Sequence record: SRR20825006_1527
DNA length: 48,310 bases
Direction: 5' to 3' (one strand)
Below the pieces are notes generated by a model. It ran no database searches, had not been told where the DNA came from, and worked only from the letters and a program-made list of their open reading frames with translations. The translations under genes and the position numbers were made by a program. Position 1 is the stretch's first letter; each line of letters opens with the position of its first letter. This document shows positions 1 through 9,036 of this stretch, in pieces.

Positions 1-861
1 GAAACCACTTTTTTCTGGATATTTCAAACTCAATATTTTAAAAGCTTGGATGGCCTTTTTATACTTTTTTTGTTCTAAATAGACCTTGGCCAAAGTCTCG
101 GTCATTAACTCGTTTTGGTCAATTTTGGTAGACTCTTTTATGTTCACTTTTGGGTTGGATTCTTTTGGAACTATTTTAGGATTGTTCTCAATGAATTTGT
201 CCAAGAGTTCAAACTTTTTCTTTCGTTCCAATTCTTCCAGCACATTTCCGCTCCCTTGGTCACCATTAGTGTTTTGCTTCTCAACAGGTTCGTCATGGGT
301 GGATGTCAGTTGAAGCCATTCGGTAAACGAGTGTTTTTCTTTTTTGGTGAACGGAATGGGTTTGCCCAAGTTTAAATTGGTGTCATCCTCCTTTTTTGGT
401 TCCTCAATCTTTTTAAGCTTGACTTCAGGTTTTCTGGATTCAAAAAGTTTTGGGTTCAGAATCTGTTCGGCATCATTTAGGTTTTGGGGCAGGGCAGGCT
501 CGCTGGATTCCGAAAGCATGCTAGCCGTATTTGGGTTCGGCTCTATTTCTTCAGAAATGGCTTCCTGGTCCTCGAGTTTGGAGCCTCTACCGGCAATGGC
601 ATCGGCGATATTGTTTTGAAAGAATTCTTTGGAGGTAATGTAGTCAAAAAGCACATCCCTATCAGCTGTATGTGCAGCCGTTACTTTTAACGCATTGTTG
701 TATTTGTAACTGTCCAGATTTTTAAGTCCCTTTAGGTGCAAGGCCCGTGCAGCCTGAAAATAGGGGTACTCTTCAATAATATCCTCTAGTTCCCGAGTTT
801 GTTTGGGAGATAGAATGGTGTTTGAATTTTGAAGAATATGTATAAAATCTGAAATGTTCAT
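1..861 (-). CDS. Conserved hypothetical protein with C-terminal TPR-like helix (3' end runs off the window)
   Basis: Not in the ORF track because it is truncated. ATG at 861 (MNISDFIHILQ...EEYPYFQAARALHLKGLK...); the same frame reads LMTETLAKVYLEQKKYKKAIQAFKILSLKYPEKSGF at the window edge. Starts 6 nt after the LptE-like stop. Confidence 0.8.
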   Translation of the reverse strand, partial: MNISDFIHILQNSNTILSPKQTRELEDIIEEYPYFQAARALHLKGLKNLDSYKYNNALKVTAAHTADRDVLFDYITSKEFFQNNIADAIAGRGSKLEDQEAISEEIEPNPNTASMLSESSEPALPQNLNDAEQILNPKLFESRKPEVKLKKIEEPKKEDDTNLNLGKPIPFTKKEKHSFTEWLQLTSTHDEPVEKQNTNGDQGSGNVLEELERKKKFELLDKFIENNPKIVPKESNPKVNIKESTKIDQNELMTETLAKVYLEQKKYKKAIQAFKILSLKYPEKSGF

Positions 862-867
862 AAAATT

Positions 868-1386
868 TTACCAATTTCCCAAGGAGGCATTAAAAATGTC
901 CTGGGTGAGTCGTTCAAAAATTTCCTCGTGCGCGGCAGCCTGTACGGATGGCAGGGGAGCTGCGGCATCAAAATCGTAAAAGAAGGAAAATCTTCTTTCA
1001 AAATCAGCATCTTCTTTGGTTGTATTGTAAAACCTGACGTTTACGCTCATGGTCAATCGGTTTTGAGCGGTCCTTTGGTCGGCGGTGGCAGTCATTGGTA
1101 CCACTTTGTATTCCACAATTTCGCCTTCATAAACCAAATCTCCATTGCTCCCGGTCAGTGAAAGACTCGTAAGATTGTTAATCATATCTTGCAGCGCCAA
1201 GGTAAAATCCCTTCCCAAACCGGGCACGATTACCGAGCCGGGCGTTTGGTCCGCATAGTTTTGGAAAAAATTGACCTGAAAACTCTGCGCGGTACCAATA
1301 TCGGCGCCGGAAAAGTTGTAGGCACCACAACTTTGCAAGAAGAAAACCAATCCTAGCAATCCGATTTTAATTCCATTTTTTTTCAT
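868..1386 (-). CDS. lptE: LptE-family (LPS assembly) lipoprotein
   Basis: Lipobox LQSC followed by GAYNFSGA; 172 aa; C-terminal EEIFERLTQDIFNASLGNW typical of Bacteroidota LptE-like proteins. Confidence 0.75.
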   Translation of the reverse strand: MKKNGIKIGLLGLVFFLQSCGAYNFSGADIGTAQSFQVNFFQNYADQTPGSVIVPGLGRDFTLALQDMINNLTSLSLTGSNGDLVYEGEIVEYKVVPMTATADQRTAQNRLTMSVNVRFYNTTKEDADFERRFSFFYDFDAAAPLPSVQAAAHEEIFERLTQDIFNASLGNW

Positions 1387-1415
1387 CTCTGACTTGTAAC
1401 TGTTTTGGGTATAAA

Positions 1416-2696
1416 TTAAAGATCGTACTGCTTTATTTTTCTGTAGAGCGTTCTTTCCGAAATACCGAGCTCTGCGGCAGCGGCTTTCCTTTTTCCTTTA
1501 TTGCGCTCCAATGACTTTTTGATCAATTCAATCTCCTTTTCCTGTAAAGATAGGGTTTCTTCTTCTTCGATTTCCTCAGCAAAATGATATCTATCTTCTG
1601 GAGGCAATTGGGACGGAGCGGGAGGCGTTGGTTCCAAAACTGGCTCTGGCAAATGGAGCAATTCGGCAGGTGTTTCCTCGTGCTCTATTTCTTCTTCAGG
1701 CTCTTGATTGCCATAGATTTTACGAATCAAGCCTTCATTTTCCCGTTGCACCTTATTGGAATCGTTATCCTTCAGCAATTCCAAAGTCAATTTTTTGAGG
1801 TCGTTGAGGTCGCCCTTCATATCAAAGAGCACTTTGTACAGTATTTCGCGTTCGTTGCTAAAATCACTTTCCTTTTTGGTCTGCCCCACAACTGCAGGTA
1901 AACTGGAGCCGGTGGAATTCGGAAGATAACTGTTCAAGGTTGAAGCGGAGATATTCCTGTTTTCTTCCAATACAGAAACTTGCTCTGCAATGTTTCTTAA
2001 TTGACGGATATTGCCAGGCCAACGGTATTTTAAGAGCAGGTTCACCGCATCGTCCTCCAAACGAATAGTGGGCATTTTGTATTTCTGACCAAAGTCGGAA
2101 GCAAATTTTCTAAAAAGCAGATGAATGTCGTCCCTTCTGTCACGAAGGGGCGGTAAACTTATTTCGACCGTGCTTAATCTATAATAAAGGTCTTCCCTAA
2201 ATTTTTCCTTTTTTATGGCCTCGAACATGTTCACGTTTGTAGCGGCCACAATCCGAACATTGGTTTTTTGAACCTGTGATGATCCCACTTTCAAAAACTC
2301 CCCATTTTCCAAAACCCGGAGCAAACGTACTTGAGTGGTCAGTGGAAGCTCGCCTACCTCGTCCAAGAAGATGGTTCCGCCATCGGCCACTTCAAAATAA
2401 CCGCTTCGTGTTTGTGTGGCACCGGTAAAGGCCCCTTTTTCGTGTCCGAACAATTCACTGTCGATGGTTCCCTCGGGAATCGCTCCACAGTTTACCGCAA
2501 TGTATTTGGCATGTTTTCGGTGCGATAGCGAGTGGATGATCTTTGGGATTGATTCTTTCCCCACACCACTTTCACCTGTTACCAAAACGGAGATATCCGT
2601 AGGAGCAACCTGTATTGCTTTTTCTATTGCCCGGTTGAGCTTGACATCGTTTCCGATAAGCTCAAATCGTTGTTTTATGGATTGTACACTTTCCAT
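1416..2696 (-). CDS. Sigma54-dependent transcriptional activator (AAA+ plus Fis HTH, no receiver domain)
   Basis: Walker A GESGVGKE, GAFTGA loop, Walker B IFLDEVGE, FREDLYYRL, WPGNIRQL; C-terminal HTH AAAELGISERTLYRKIKQY. Confidence 0.93.
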   Translation of the reverse strand: MESVQSIKQRFELIGNDVKLNRAIEKAIQVAPTDISVLVTGESGVGKESIPKIIHSLSHRKHAKYIAVNCGAIPEGTIDSELFGHEKGAFTGATQTRSGYFEVADGGTIFLDEVGELPLTTQVRLLRVLENGEFLKVGSSQVQKTNVRIVAATNVNMFEAIKKEKFREDLYYRLSTVEISLPPLRDRRDDIHLLFRKFASDFGQKYKMPTIRLEDDAVNLLLKYRWPGNIRQLRNIAEQVSVLEENRNISASTLNSYLPNSTGSSLPAVVGQTKKESDFSNEREILYKVLFDMKGDLNDLKKLTLELLKDNDSNKVQRENEGLIRKIYGNQEPEEEIEHEETPAELLHLPEPVLEPTPPAPSQLPPEDRYHFAEEIEEEETLSLQEKEIELIKKSLERNKGKRKAAAAELGISERTLYRKIKQYDL

Positions 2697-2700
2697 ATGT

Positions 2701-2782
2701 TGTCATTCCTGTGAAAGCAGGAACTTTATTTTTTAGGTATTCCACATCGTTCTTCGACTACGTTTAGAAATCGGTGTGAAAT
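2701..2782. repeat. Degenerate REP-like palindromic composite
   Basis: TGTCA-TTCCTGT-GAAA-GCAGGAA hairpin (2701-2723). A second imperfect hairpin ATTCCACATCG...CGGTGTGAAAT (2739-2782) encloses CTTCGACTACG. Confidence 0.55.
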
Positions 2783-2794
2783 TAGAAATGGTTA

Positions 2795-4258
2795 TTAATT
2801 ATTTTCTGAATACCCTACTGCTTCTCCGATAAGGGTAGCCGAGGTGCATTCGTTGATTTTTACATTTACAAAATCACCTACTTTGTAGTGTTCTTTAGGG
2901 AAGACAGCTACGGTATTCTGTGAATTTCGCCCCATCCAATGAGCGTCCGATTTTTTGGAAGTCCCTTCTATCAAGATCTCTTCGGTTTTTCCCAAATGCT
3001 CTTGGGTACGATAATGACTGTGTTTTTGTTGAAGGTCGATGATTTCGGTTAATCTCCTTTTTTTGATTTCATCAGGAACATCATCATCCATTTTACGCTC
3101 TGCAAGTGTTCCGGGACGTTCGGAATAGGCAAACATGAATCCAAAATCATATTTCACGTATTCCATCAAACTTAGAGTGTCCTGATGGTCCTCTTCGGTT
3201 TCTGTTGGGAACCCGGTTATCATATCCTGACTGATGGCACAATCTGGAATTAGTTTTTTGATGCTGTCGATTAACTCAAAATATTCCTCACGAGTGTGCA
3301 AACGGTTCATTGCCTTTAAAATACGGTTGCTTCCACTTTGTACCGGCAAGTGAATGTACTTACAGATATTTCTATGCTTGGCCATGGCCTCGATTACGTC
3401 CAAGGTCATATCCTGAGGGTTGGATGTCGAGAAACGGATGCGCATTTTGGGCTGCGCCTGTGCTACCAGTTCCAAAAGTCCGGCAAAGTTTACGGAAGTG
3501 GCCTTTTGCATGTCCGTTGCCTTGTCGAAATCCTTCTTCAATCCGCCACCATACCAGAGGTAGCTATCCACATTCTGGCCTAACAGGGTGATTTCTTTGA
3601 ATCCTCTGTCCCATAGATCGTTCACTTCTTCCAAAATGGATTGTGGGTCGCGGCTACGTTCCCTTCCCCGGGTAAAAGGAACCACGCAGAACGTACACAT
3701 GTTGTCACATCCGCGCGTTATGGAAACAAAAGCGGAGACTCCGTTGGTGTTTAATCGAACCGGGGCCACATCGCCATAGGTCTCATCTTTGGATAGGATA
3801 ACATTAACGGCATTCCTGCCTTCGTCTATTTCTTGTATCAGGTTGGGAAGGTCTTTGTAGGCGTCCGGTCCTACCACCATGTCCACTATTTTTTCTTCTT
3901 CCAAAAACTTGCTCTTCAAACGCTCGGCCATACATCCCAAAACACCCACTTTCATGTTGGGTCTGGTTCTTTTAACGGCGTTGAATTTTTCCAAACGCTT
4001 GCGTACGGTCTGTTCGGCCTTTTCCCGAATGGAACATGTATTTACCAAAACCAAGTCTGCATCGTTCAGGTCTTGGGTGGTATTGAAACCTTCCTTTGCC
4101 AAAATGGATGCAACAATTTCACTGTCCGAAAAGTTCATCTGGCAACCGTAGCTCTCTATGTAGAGCTTTCGACCGTTCTTTTCGTTGTTTTCCAGCGATA
4201 ATGTACTTCCCTGTTGGCTTTCGTCTATTATCTTTTCCACGCTTTTTTCCTCTATCAT
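2795..4258 (-). CDS. miaB: tRNA-2-methylthio-N6-dimethylallyladenosine synthase (radical SAM methylthiotransferase)
   Basis: YGCQMN, NTCSIRE and GVLGCMAER (UPF0004 cysteines); CDNMCTFC radical SAM motif; C-terminal TRAM domain. Start moved from the track's TTG (4279, inside the -7 promoter box) to ATG 4258. Confidence 0.96.
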   Translation of the reverse strand: MIEEKSVEKIIDESQQGSTLSLENNEKNGRKLYIESYGCQMNFSDSEIVASILAKEGFNTTQDLNDADLVLVNTCSIREKAEQTVRKRLEKFNAVKRTRPNMKVGVLGCMAERLKSKFLEEEKIVDMVVGPDAYKDLPNLIQEIDEGRNAVNVILSKDETYGDVAPVRLNTNGVSAFVSITRGCDNMCTFCVVPFTRGRERSRDPQSILEEVNDLWDRGFKEITLLGQNVDSYLWYGGGLKKDFDKATDMQKATSVNFAGLLELVAQAQPKMRIRFSTSNPQDMTLDVIEAMAKHRNICKYIHLPVQSGSNRILKAMNRLHTREEYFELIDSIKKLIPDCAISQDMITGFPTETEEDHQDTLSLMEYVKYDFGFMFAYSERPGTLAERKMDDDVPDEIKKRRLTEIIDLQQKHSHYRTQEHLGKTEEILIEGTSKKSDAHWMGRNSQNTVAVFPKEHYKVGDFVNVKINECTSATLIGEAVGYSENN

Positions 4259-4276
4259 AAATGTTTCAATGGGGTG

Positions 4277-4308
4277 CAAAGATAGTGCTTATTACATTTT
4301 AGTGACAA
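4277..4308 (-). promoter_or_regulatory. Bacteroidota housekeeping promoter for miaB
   Basis: Minus strand TTG (4308-4306), 21-nt spacer, TATCTTTG (4284-4277), matching the TTTG/TTG-N19-21-TAnnTTTG consensus. Confidence 0.7.
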
Positions 4309-4389
4309 TATGGCAGTATTTTTTAATAATATATTGCGATATCCCTTGTTAATATTACCTTTCACTTTAAAAACAATCTAAACAGTACA

Positions 4390-5118
4390 ATGAATTTCAC
4401 TAGTCTTTCCGAAAGAATACAGCAAAGCGCCCAGGTAGAATTCGGGTCTGTGTTCAACAACTCCGTTGAGCTTTTTAAAAAAGTATGGCTACAAGGTTTT
4501 ATAACGCTTATATTGACATTTGCGGCAATTCTTCCGTTCTATTTGTTGATCTACTTGCCAATGATAGCTATGGGGATAAGTGATCCTGATATTTTTGAAC
4601 AGCAAGAAATACCGCCTTTATTTGCAGGGTTGATGACTTTGGTTATGCCTTTGTTTGTGATCGGTGTGATGACAATAGGTATTTGTTTGAATGCCGCTTT
4701 TCTAAGAATCTGTAGAAAATATGATTTGAACGAATCGGGGAAGGACGACTACTTCTACTATTTTAAAAGGGAGTATTTGTCCAAGGCATTGATTATTTCT
4801 TTGATCATGGTCGGTTTGTCCTTTTTGGGTGTTTTGGCTTGCGGCTTGGGGATAATTTACCTTATGGTGCCCATGTCCTTGTTTCCTGCATTTTTTGCTT
4901 TTGACAGGGAACTTACCGCTTTGGAAGTAGTGAAGGCAAGTTTTGCCCTTGGCAACAAAAACTGGTTGATGATATTCCTTTTGATACTTGTTTCGGGATT
5001 GGTCGGTCAATTAGGAGCGATCCTATGCTTGGTCGGAGTATTGTTTACTGCAATGTTCAGTAAAATTCCGATCTACTTTATACATAAAGATGCGGTTGGG
5101 GTTTCGATGGACGTATGA
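4390..5118 (+). CDS. Hypothetical integral membrane protein
   Basis: 242 aa with several long hydrophobic segments and repeated G-x-L/I-x-C-x-x-G motifs; no enzyme motif seen. Confidence 0.8.
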   Translation: MNFTSLSERIQQSAQVEFGSVFNNSVELFKKVWLQGFITLILTFAAILPFYLLIYLPMIAMGISDPDIFEQQEIPPLFAGLMTLVMPLFVIGVMTIGICLNAAFLRICRKYDLNESGKDDYFYYFKREYLSKALIISLIMVGLSFLGVLACGLGIIYLMVPMSLFPAFFAFDRELTALEVVKASFALGNKNWLMIFLLILVSGLVGQLGAILCLVGVLFTAMFSKIPIYFIHKDAVGVSMDV

Positions 5119-5137
5119 TTTTTTTGTGGTAAATGGC

Positions 5138-5165
5138 GCAACGAAATGCTTTGGTCTGTGTCTAA
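5138..5165 (+). promoter_or_regulatory. Candidate ECF-sigma promoter
   Basis: GCAAC (5138-5142), 17 nt, GTCTAA (5160-5165), 21 nt upstream of the ATG at 5187. Confidence 0.45.
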
Positions 5166-5186
5166 ACAACTAAAAAACAAGCCGCT

Positions 5187-6440
5187 ATGAAGACCAAGGT
5201 CCTTTTATTTTTATGCATCAATTTTTTATTGTTCACCTCTTGCTCCGATGATGATTCCAACGGTACATATGAGGAGTATTTGGTAGCCCGTCCTTTGACG
5301 ATGAATCGTGCAGAGTTTGCCAATAGTGTGGATGTTATAGCCCCTCGACCCATGAACGAATCTGGCAAGGTTTATACCTATGGGGATTATATTTTCATCA
5401 ACGATAAATATGAAGGAATACATGTTATAGATAACAGTAATCCGAACCAACCCGTAAAGGTGGCTTTCATTCAAATCCCGGGAAATGTGGATATTTCCGT
5501 AAAGAACAATTTTCTTTATGCCGATAGTCTAATGGATTTGGTGATATTAGATATTTCTGATCTTGATAACATCACAATCGTAAATCGGTTAGAAAATGTA
5601 TTGCAAGATTATGTGGCAGCCCCTTTTGAGGCCGACTTGGTCGATTATGGCGATTATGATTATTACTCTGATGAAATTATTGTAGGGTGGGAAATGGTCT
5701 CTGAACGTATGTCGAAGGAGCAATACCAATCTCGTTTTGGAGATTTTGGGATTGCTTTTGCCGAAGTGGCGAACGATGCCAGTGGAGGAACTGGCCAAGG
5801 TGGGTCGTTGGCAAGGTTTAAAATTGTGGAGGATTATTTATACGCCGTCGATAGTCACAACATCAATATCTTCAATATTTCAGATTTGGACAATCCTCAG
5901 GTTTTGGACGATGTGCATGCAGGTTTTGATATTGAAACCATTTTTAACCGGGACAATTATTTGTTCTTGGGCAGTATGAGGGGAATGTATATTTATGATA
6001 TTTCATCTCCGGCAACACCAACTTTTGTATCGGAGTTCCAACATGGCACGGCCTGTGACCCTGTTGTAGTAGATGGCGATTATGCCTACGTAACCTTAAG
6101 GGGCGGCAATATGTGTGGCGCTACCGAAAGCGGATTATATATTGTGGATATTTCCAATATAGAAAATCCTGAACTGGTCATAACCTATCCTATGGATGGG
6201 CCGTATGGTCTGGGAATCAAGAATGAAAAAATATTTATATGCGACGGGGCCTCAGGTCTTAAGGTTTATGATAAGACAGACATTAATAATTTAATCGAAT
6301 TGAACCATTTTGAAGATATCGTCACCTATGATGTGATTCCCATGGAAAACCATCTGATTATGGTCGGCGATGAAATACTATATCAATATGAATACCTTGA
6401 CGGTAGTATTAAACTAATAAGTCAGATAGGGCTCAACTAG
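5187..6440 (+). CDS. LVIVD-repeat (beta-propeller) lipoprotein
   Basis: Lipobox FTSC plus acidic SDDDS; repeats GIHVIDNSNP, LVILDISD, INIFNISDLDNP, MYIYDISSP, LYIVDISNIENP. Confidence 0.85.
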   Translation: MKTKVLLFLCINFLLFTSCSDDDSNGTYEEYLVARPLTMNRAEFANSVDVIAPRPMNESGKVYTYGDYIFINDKYEGIHVIDNSNPNQPVKVAFIQIPGNVDISVKNNFLYADSLMDLVILDISDLDNITIVNRLENVLQDYVAAPFEADLVDYGDYDYYSDEIIVGWEMVSERMSKEQYQSRFGDFGIAFAEVANDASGGTGQGGSLARFKIVEDYLYAVDSHNINIFNISDLDNPQVLDDVHAGFDIETIFNRDNYLFLGSMRGMYIYDISSPATPTFVSEFQHGTACDPVVVDGDYAYVTLRGGNMCGATESGLYIVDISNIENPELVITYPMDGPYGLGIKNEKIFICDGASGLKVYDKTDINNLIELNHFEDIVTYDVIPMENHLIMVGDEILYQYEYLDGSIKLISQIGLN

Positions 6441-6459
6441 ATAAAAAATCAACTTTTCT

Positions 6460-6487
6460 TATCCCACTTTTAGTGGGATATTTTTTT
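6460..6487 (+). terminator. Intrinsic terminator after the LVIVD gene
   Basis: TATCCCACT-ttt-AGTGGGATA followed by T7. Confidence 0.8.
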
Positions 6488-6526
6488 ATTGGTAAAGGGC
6501 AAAACCACAAAATCGAAAAATTGATA

Positions 6527-6534
6527 TACTTTTG
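6527..6534 (+). promoter_or_regulatory. -7 promoter box for topA
   Basis: TACTTTTG (TAnnTTTG) ending 19 nt before the ATG at 6554. Confidence 0.6.
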
Positions 6535-6553
6535 TTAGGACAAAACCAAGTGC

Positions 6554-9034
6554 ATGCCAAAGAATTTAGTTATTGTAGAGTCCCCCGCAAAGGCAAAGAC
6601 CATTGAACGATTTCTAGGAAAAGAGTTCCAAGTCGAGTCCAGTTTTGGGCATATTGCCGACCTCCCCTCGAAAGAGCTTGGAGTAGACGTGGAAAACGAT
6701 TTTAAGCCGAAATATACTGTTGACAAGGAGAAAAAAGCCTTGGTAAAAAAACTCAAGGATTTAGCTAAAAAAGCAGAAACCATATGGCTTGCGAGTGATG
6801 AGGACCGTGAAGGAGAGGCGATATCATGGCACTTGGCAGAGGAATTGGGACTGGACAAGAGCAAGACCAAAAGAATCGTATTCAACTCCATTACCAAATC
6901 GGCCATCCAAAAGGCGATAGAAAACCCAAGAGACATTAACTATAACTTGGTTAATGCACAGCAGGCCCGTAGGGTTTTGGACAGGTTGGTGGGTTACGAA
7001 CTGTCACCCGTTCTTTGGAAAAAAATAAAACCGGGACTTTCAGCAGGGCGTGTGCAATCTGTGGCGGTACGTTTGATCGTTGAGCGCGAAAGGGAAATTG
7101 AAGGGTTTACGCCTGAGGCATCTTTTCGTATCAAAGCTGAGTTCAAGACCAACGAAGGAAATACATTTGCCGCAAAGCTGAACACTACGTTCCCGACCAA
7201 GCAAGCAGCAGAATCATTTTTAAAGGAAAATATTGGAGCGGATTTTTCGGTTTCGGATTTGGCCCAAAAACCGGCAAAGAAATCTCCGGCAGCACCGTTT
7301 ACCACATCTACCTTGCAGCAGGAAGCTTCAAGGAAACTTTATTTTTCGGTAAGCCGTACCATGCAGGTGGCACAACGCTTGTACGAGGCAGGTCTTATTA
7401 CCTATATGAGAACGGATAGCGTCAACCTTTCCAACGAAGCATTGGCTGCGGCAAAAGATGCTATTCTGGATAACTACGGCGAAAAATATAGTCAAACCAG
7501 AAACTTTACAGGGAAATCCAAAGGAGCGCAAGAGGCGCACGAGGCCATCCGGCCTACCGATATGAAGTTGCAATCGCCCCAATTGGAGCGAGACCAGGCC
7601 AAATTATACGAACTTATTTGGAAACGTACCCTGGCATCCCAAATGAGCGATGCTCAATTAGAACGTACCAATGTTAAGATAAAAGCCAGTACCCATGGCG
7701 AAGAATTTTCTGCAAACGGTGAAGTGGTAAAATTTGATGGTTTCTTAAAGGTATATCTCGAAGGAACTGATGATGAGGATAGTGAAGAGCAAGAAGGAAT
7801 GTTGCCAGCCATGAAGGTGGGAGAGCCACTTCAAAACGTATTTATTTCGGCAACCGAAAGATTTTCCAGGCCACCCTATCGTTATTCGGAAGCTTCTTTG
7901 GTGAAGAAATTGGAGGAGTTGGGCATCGGAAGACCATCTACTTACGCCCCCACCATATCTACCATACAGAACAGAGGCTATGTAGAAAAGGGTACTGTTG
8001 AAGGTTCCGAGCGAAAATATATGCAATTGGTACTGGAGAACGGGAAAGTGTCCGATAGCCAACTGAGCGAAATGGTCGGCTCCGAAAAGGGAAAGATTGT
8101 GCCTACCGATATAGGGATGATCGTAAACGACTTTTTGATGACTCACTTTACCCAAATTTTGGATTACAACTTTACCGCGCAAGTAGAAGAGGATTTTGAT
8201 GAAATCGCTTCAGGAGATGAGGATTGGCAGGAAATGATGAAAAATTTCTATAAAGATTTTCATCCTAATGTGCTGGAGGTAGAGGAAAATGCCGAGCGCG
8301 CCAGTGGAGAACGTGTTTTGGGAACCGACCCAAAATCAGGCAGACAAGTTTCAGTAAGGTTGGGCCGTTTTGGACCGATGGTTCAGATTGGGACCGTAGA
8401 TGATGAAGAAAAACCAGAGTTTGCCAGCTTGCTGCCAGACCAGTCCATTGGTACCATTACTTTTGAAGAAGCAATGACTCTTTTTGAGCTTCCACGAAAA
8501 TTAGGTGTTTACGAAGGCGAAGAGGTAGAAGCTAATGTAGGTAGATACGGTCCTTATGTGCGATTTGGAAAAAAATTCATTTCGCTGGCTCAAGGAGAAA
8601 GCGCTTTTGATGTGGATATGGAACGTGCCATTGAACTTATCAAGGAAAAGCAAAAAGCGGATGCGCCCATCGGCACTTATGAAGGAAAGGATGTTACCAA
8701 AGGTAAAGGTAGGTTTGGACCATTTATCAAGTGGGACGGCATGTTTATCAATGTGAACAAGAAATACGATTTTGATGATTTATCCGACGGAGATATCGCT
8801 GAATTGATCGAGGCCAAGAAGAAAAAGGAGGCTGAAAAAATCGTTCAGGAATGGTCAGAAGAAAAGATACGGATAGAAAAAGCCCGTTGGGGGAGACACA
8901 ATATTATAAAAGGTAGGGTAAAAGTGGAGCTTTCCAAGGATGTGGATGCTACAAAAATCACCTTGGAAGAAGCGCAGGCCCTACTGGAAAAGAAATCACC
9001 AAAGAAAAAAGCCAAGACAAAAGCTAAGAAATAA
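6554..9034 (+). CDS. topA: DNA topoisomerase I (type IA)
   Basis: LVIVESPAKAKTI, ASDEDREGEAI (TOPRIM), SAGRVQS, catalytic GLITYMRTDS, GIGRPSTYA; C-terminal GRFGP repeats and Lys-rich tail instead of Zn ribbons. Confidence 0.97.
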   Translation: MPKNLVIVESPAKAKTIERFLGKEFQVESSFGHIADLPSKELGVDVENDFKPKYTVDKEKKALVKKLKDLAKKAETIWLASDEDREGEAISWHLAEELGLDKSKTKRIVFNSITKSAIQKAIENPRDINYNLVNAQQARRVLDRLVGYELSPVLWKKIKPGLSAGRVQSVAVRLIVEREREIEGFTPEASFRIKAEFKTNEGNTFAAKLNTTFPTKQAAESFLKENIGADFSVSDLAQKPAKKSPAAPFTTSTLQQEASRKLYFSVSRTMQVAQRLYEAGLITYMRTDSVNLSNEALAAAKDAILDNYGEKYSQTRNFTGKSKGAQEAHEAIRPTDMKLQSPQLERDQAKLYELIWKRTLASQMSDAQLERTNVKIKASTHGEEFSANGEVVKFDGFLKVYLEGTDDEDSEEQEGMLPAMKVGEPLQNVFISATERFSRPPYRYSEASLVKKLEELGIGRPSTYAPTISTIQNRGYVEKGTVEGSERKYMQLVLENGKVSDSQLSEMVGSEKGKIVPTDIGMIVNDFLMTHFTQILDYNFTAQVEEDFDEIASGDEDWQEMMKNFYKDFHPNVLEVEENAERASGERVLGTDPKSGRQVSVRLGRFGPMVQIGTVDDEEKPEFASLLPDQSIGTITFEEAMTLFELPRKLGVYEGEEVEANVGRYGPYVRFGKKFISLAQGESAFDVDMERAIELIKEKQKADAPIGTYEGKDVTKGKGRFGPFIKWDGMFINVNKKYDFDDLSDGDIAELIEAKKKKEAEKIVQEWSEEKIRIEKARWGRHNIIKGRVKVELSKDVDATKITLEEAQALLEKKSPKKKAKTKAKK

Positions 9035-9036
9035 CT

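Noticed and set aside
86-690. Four short plus-strand ORFs
   Set aside because: Antisense to the truncated minus-strand gene at 1-861.
4259-4279. Track start of miaB at TTG 4279
   Set aside because: Falls within the TATCTTTG -7 box; ATG 4258 (or a nearby downstream GTG) is more plausible.
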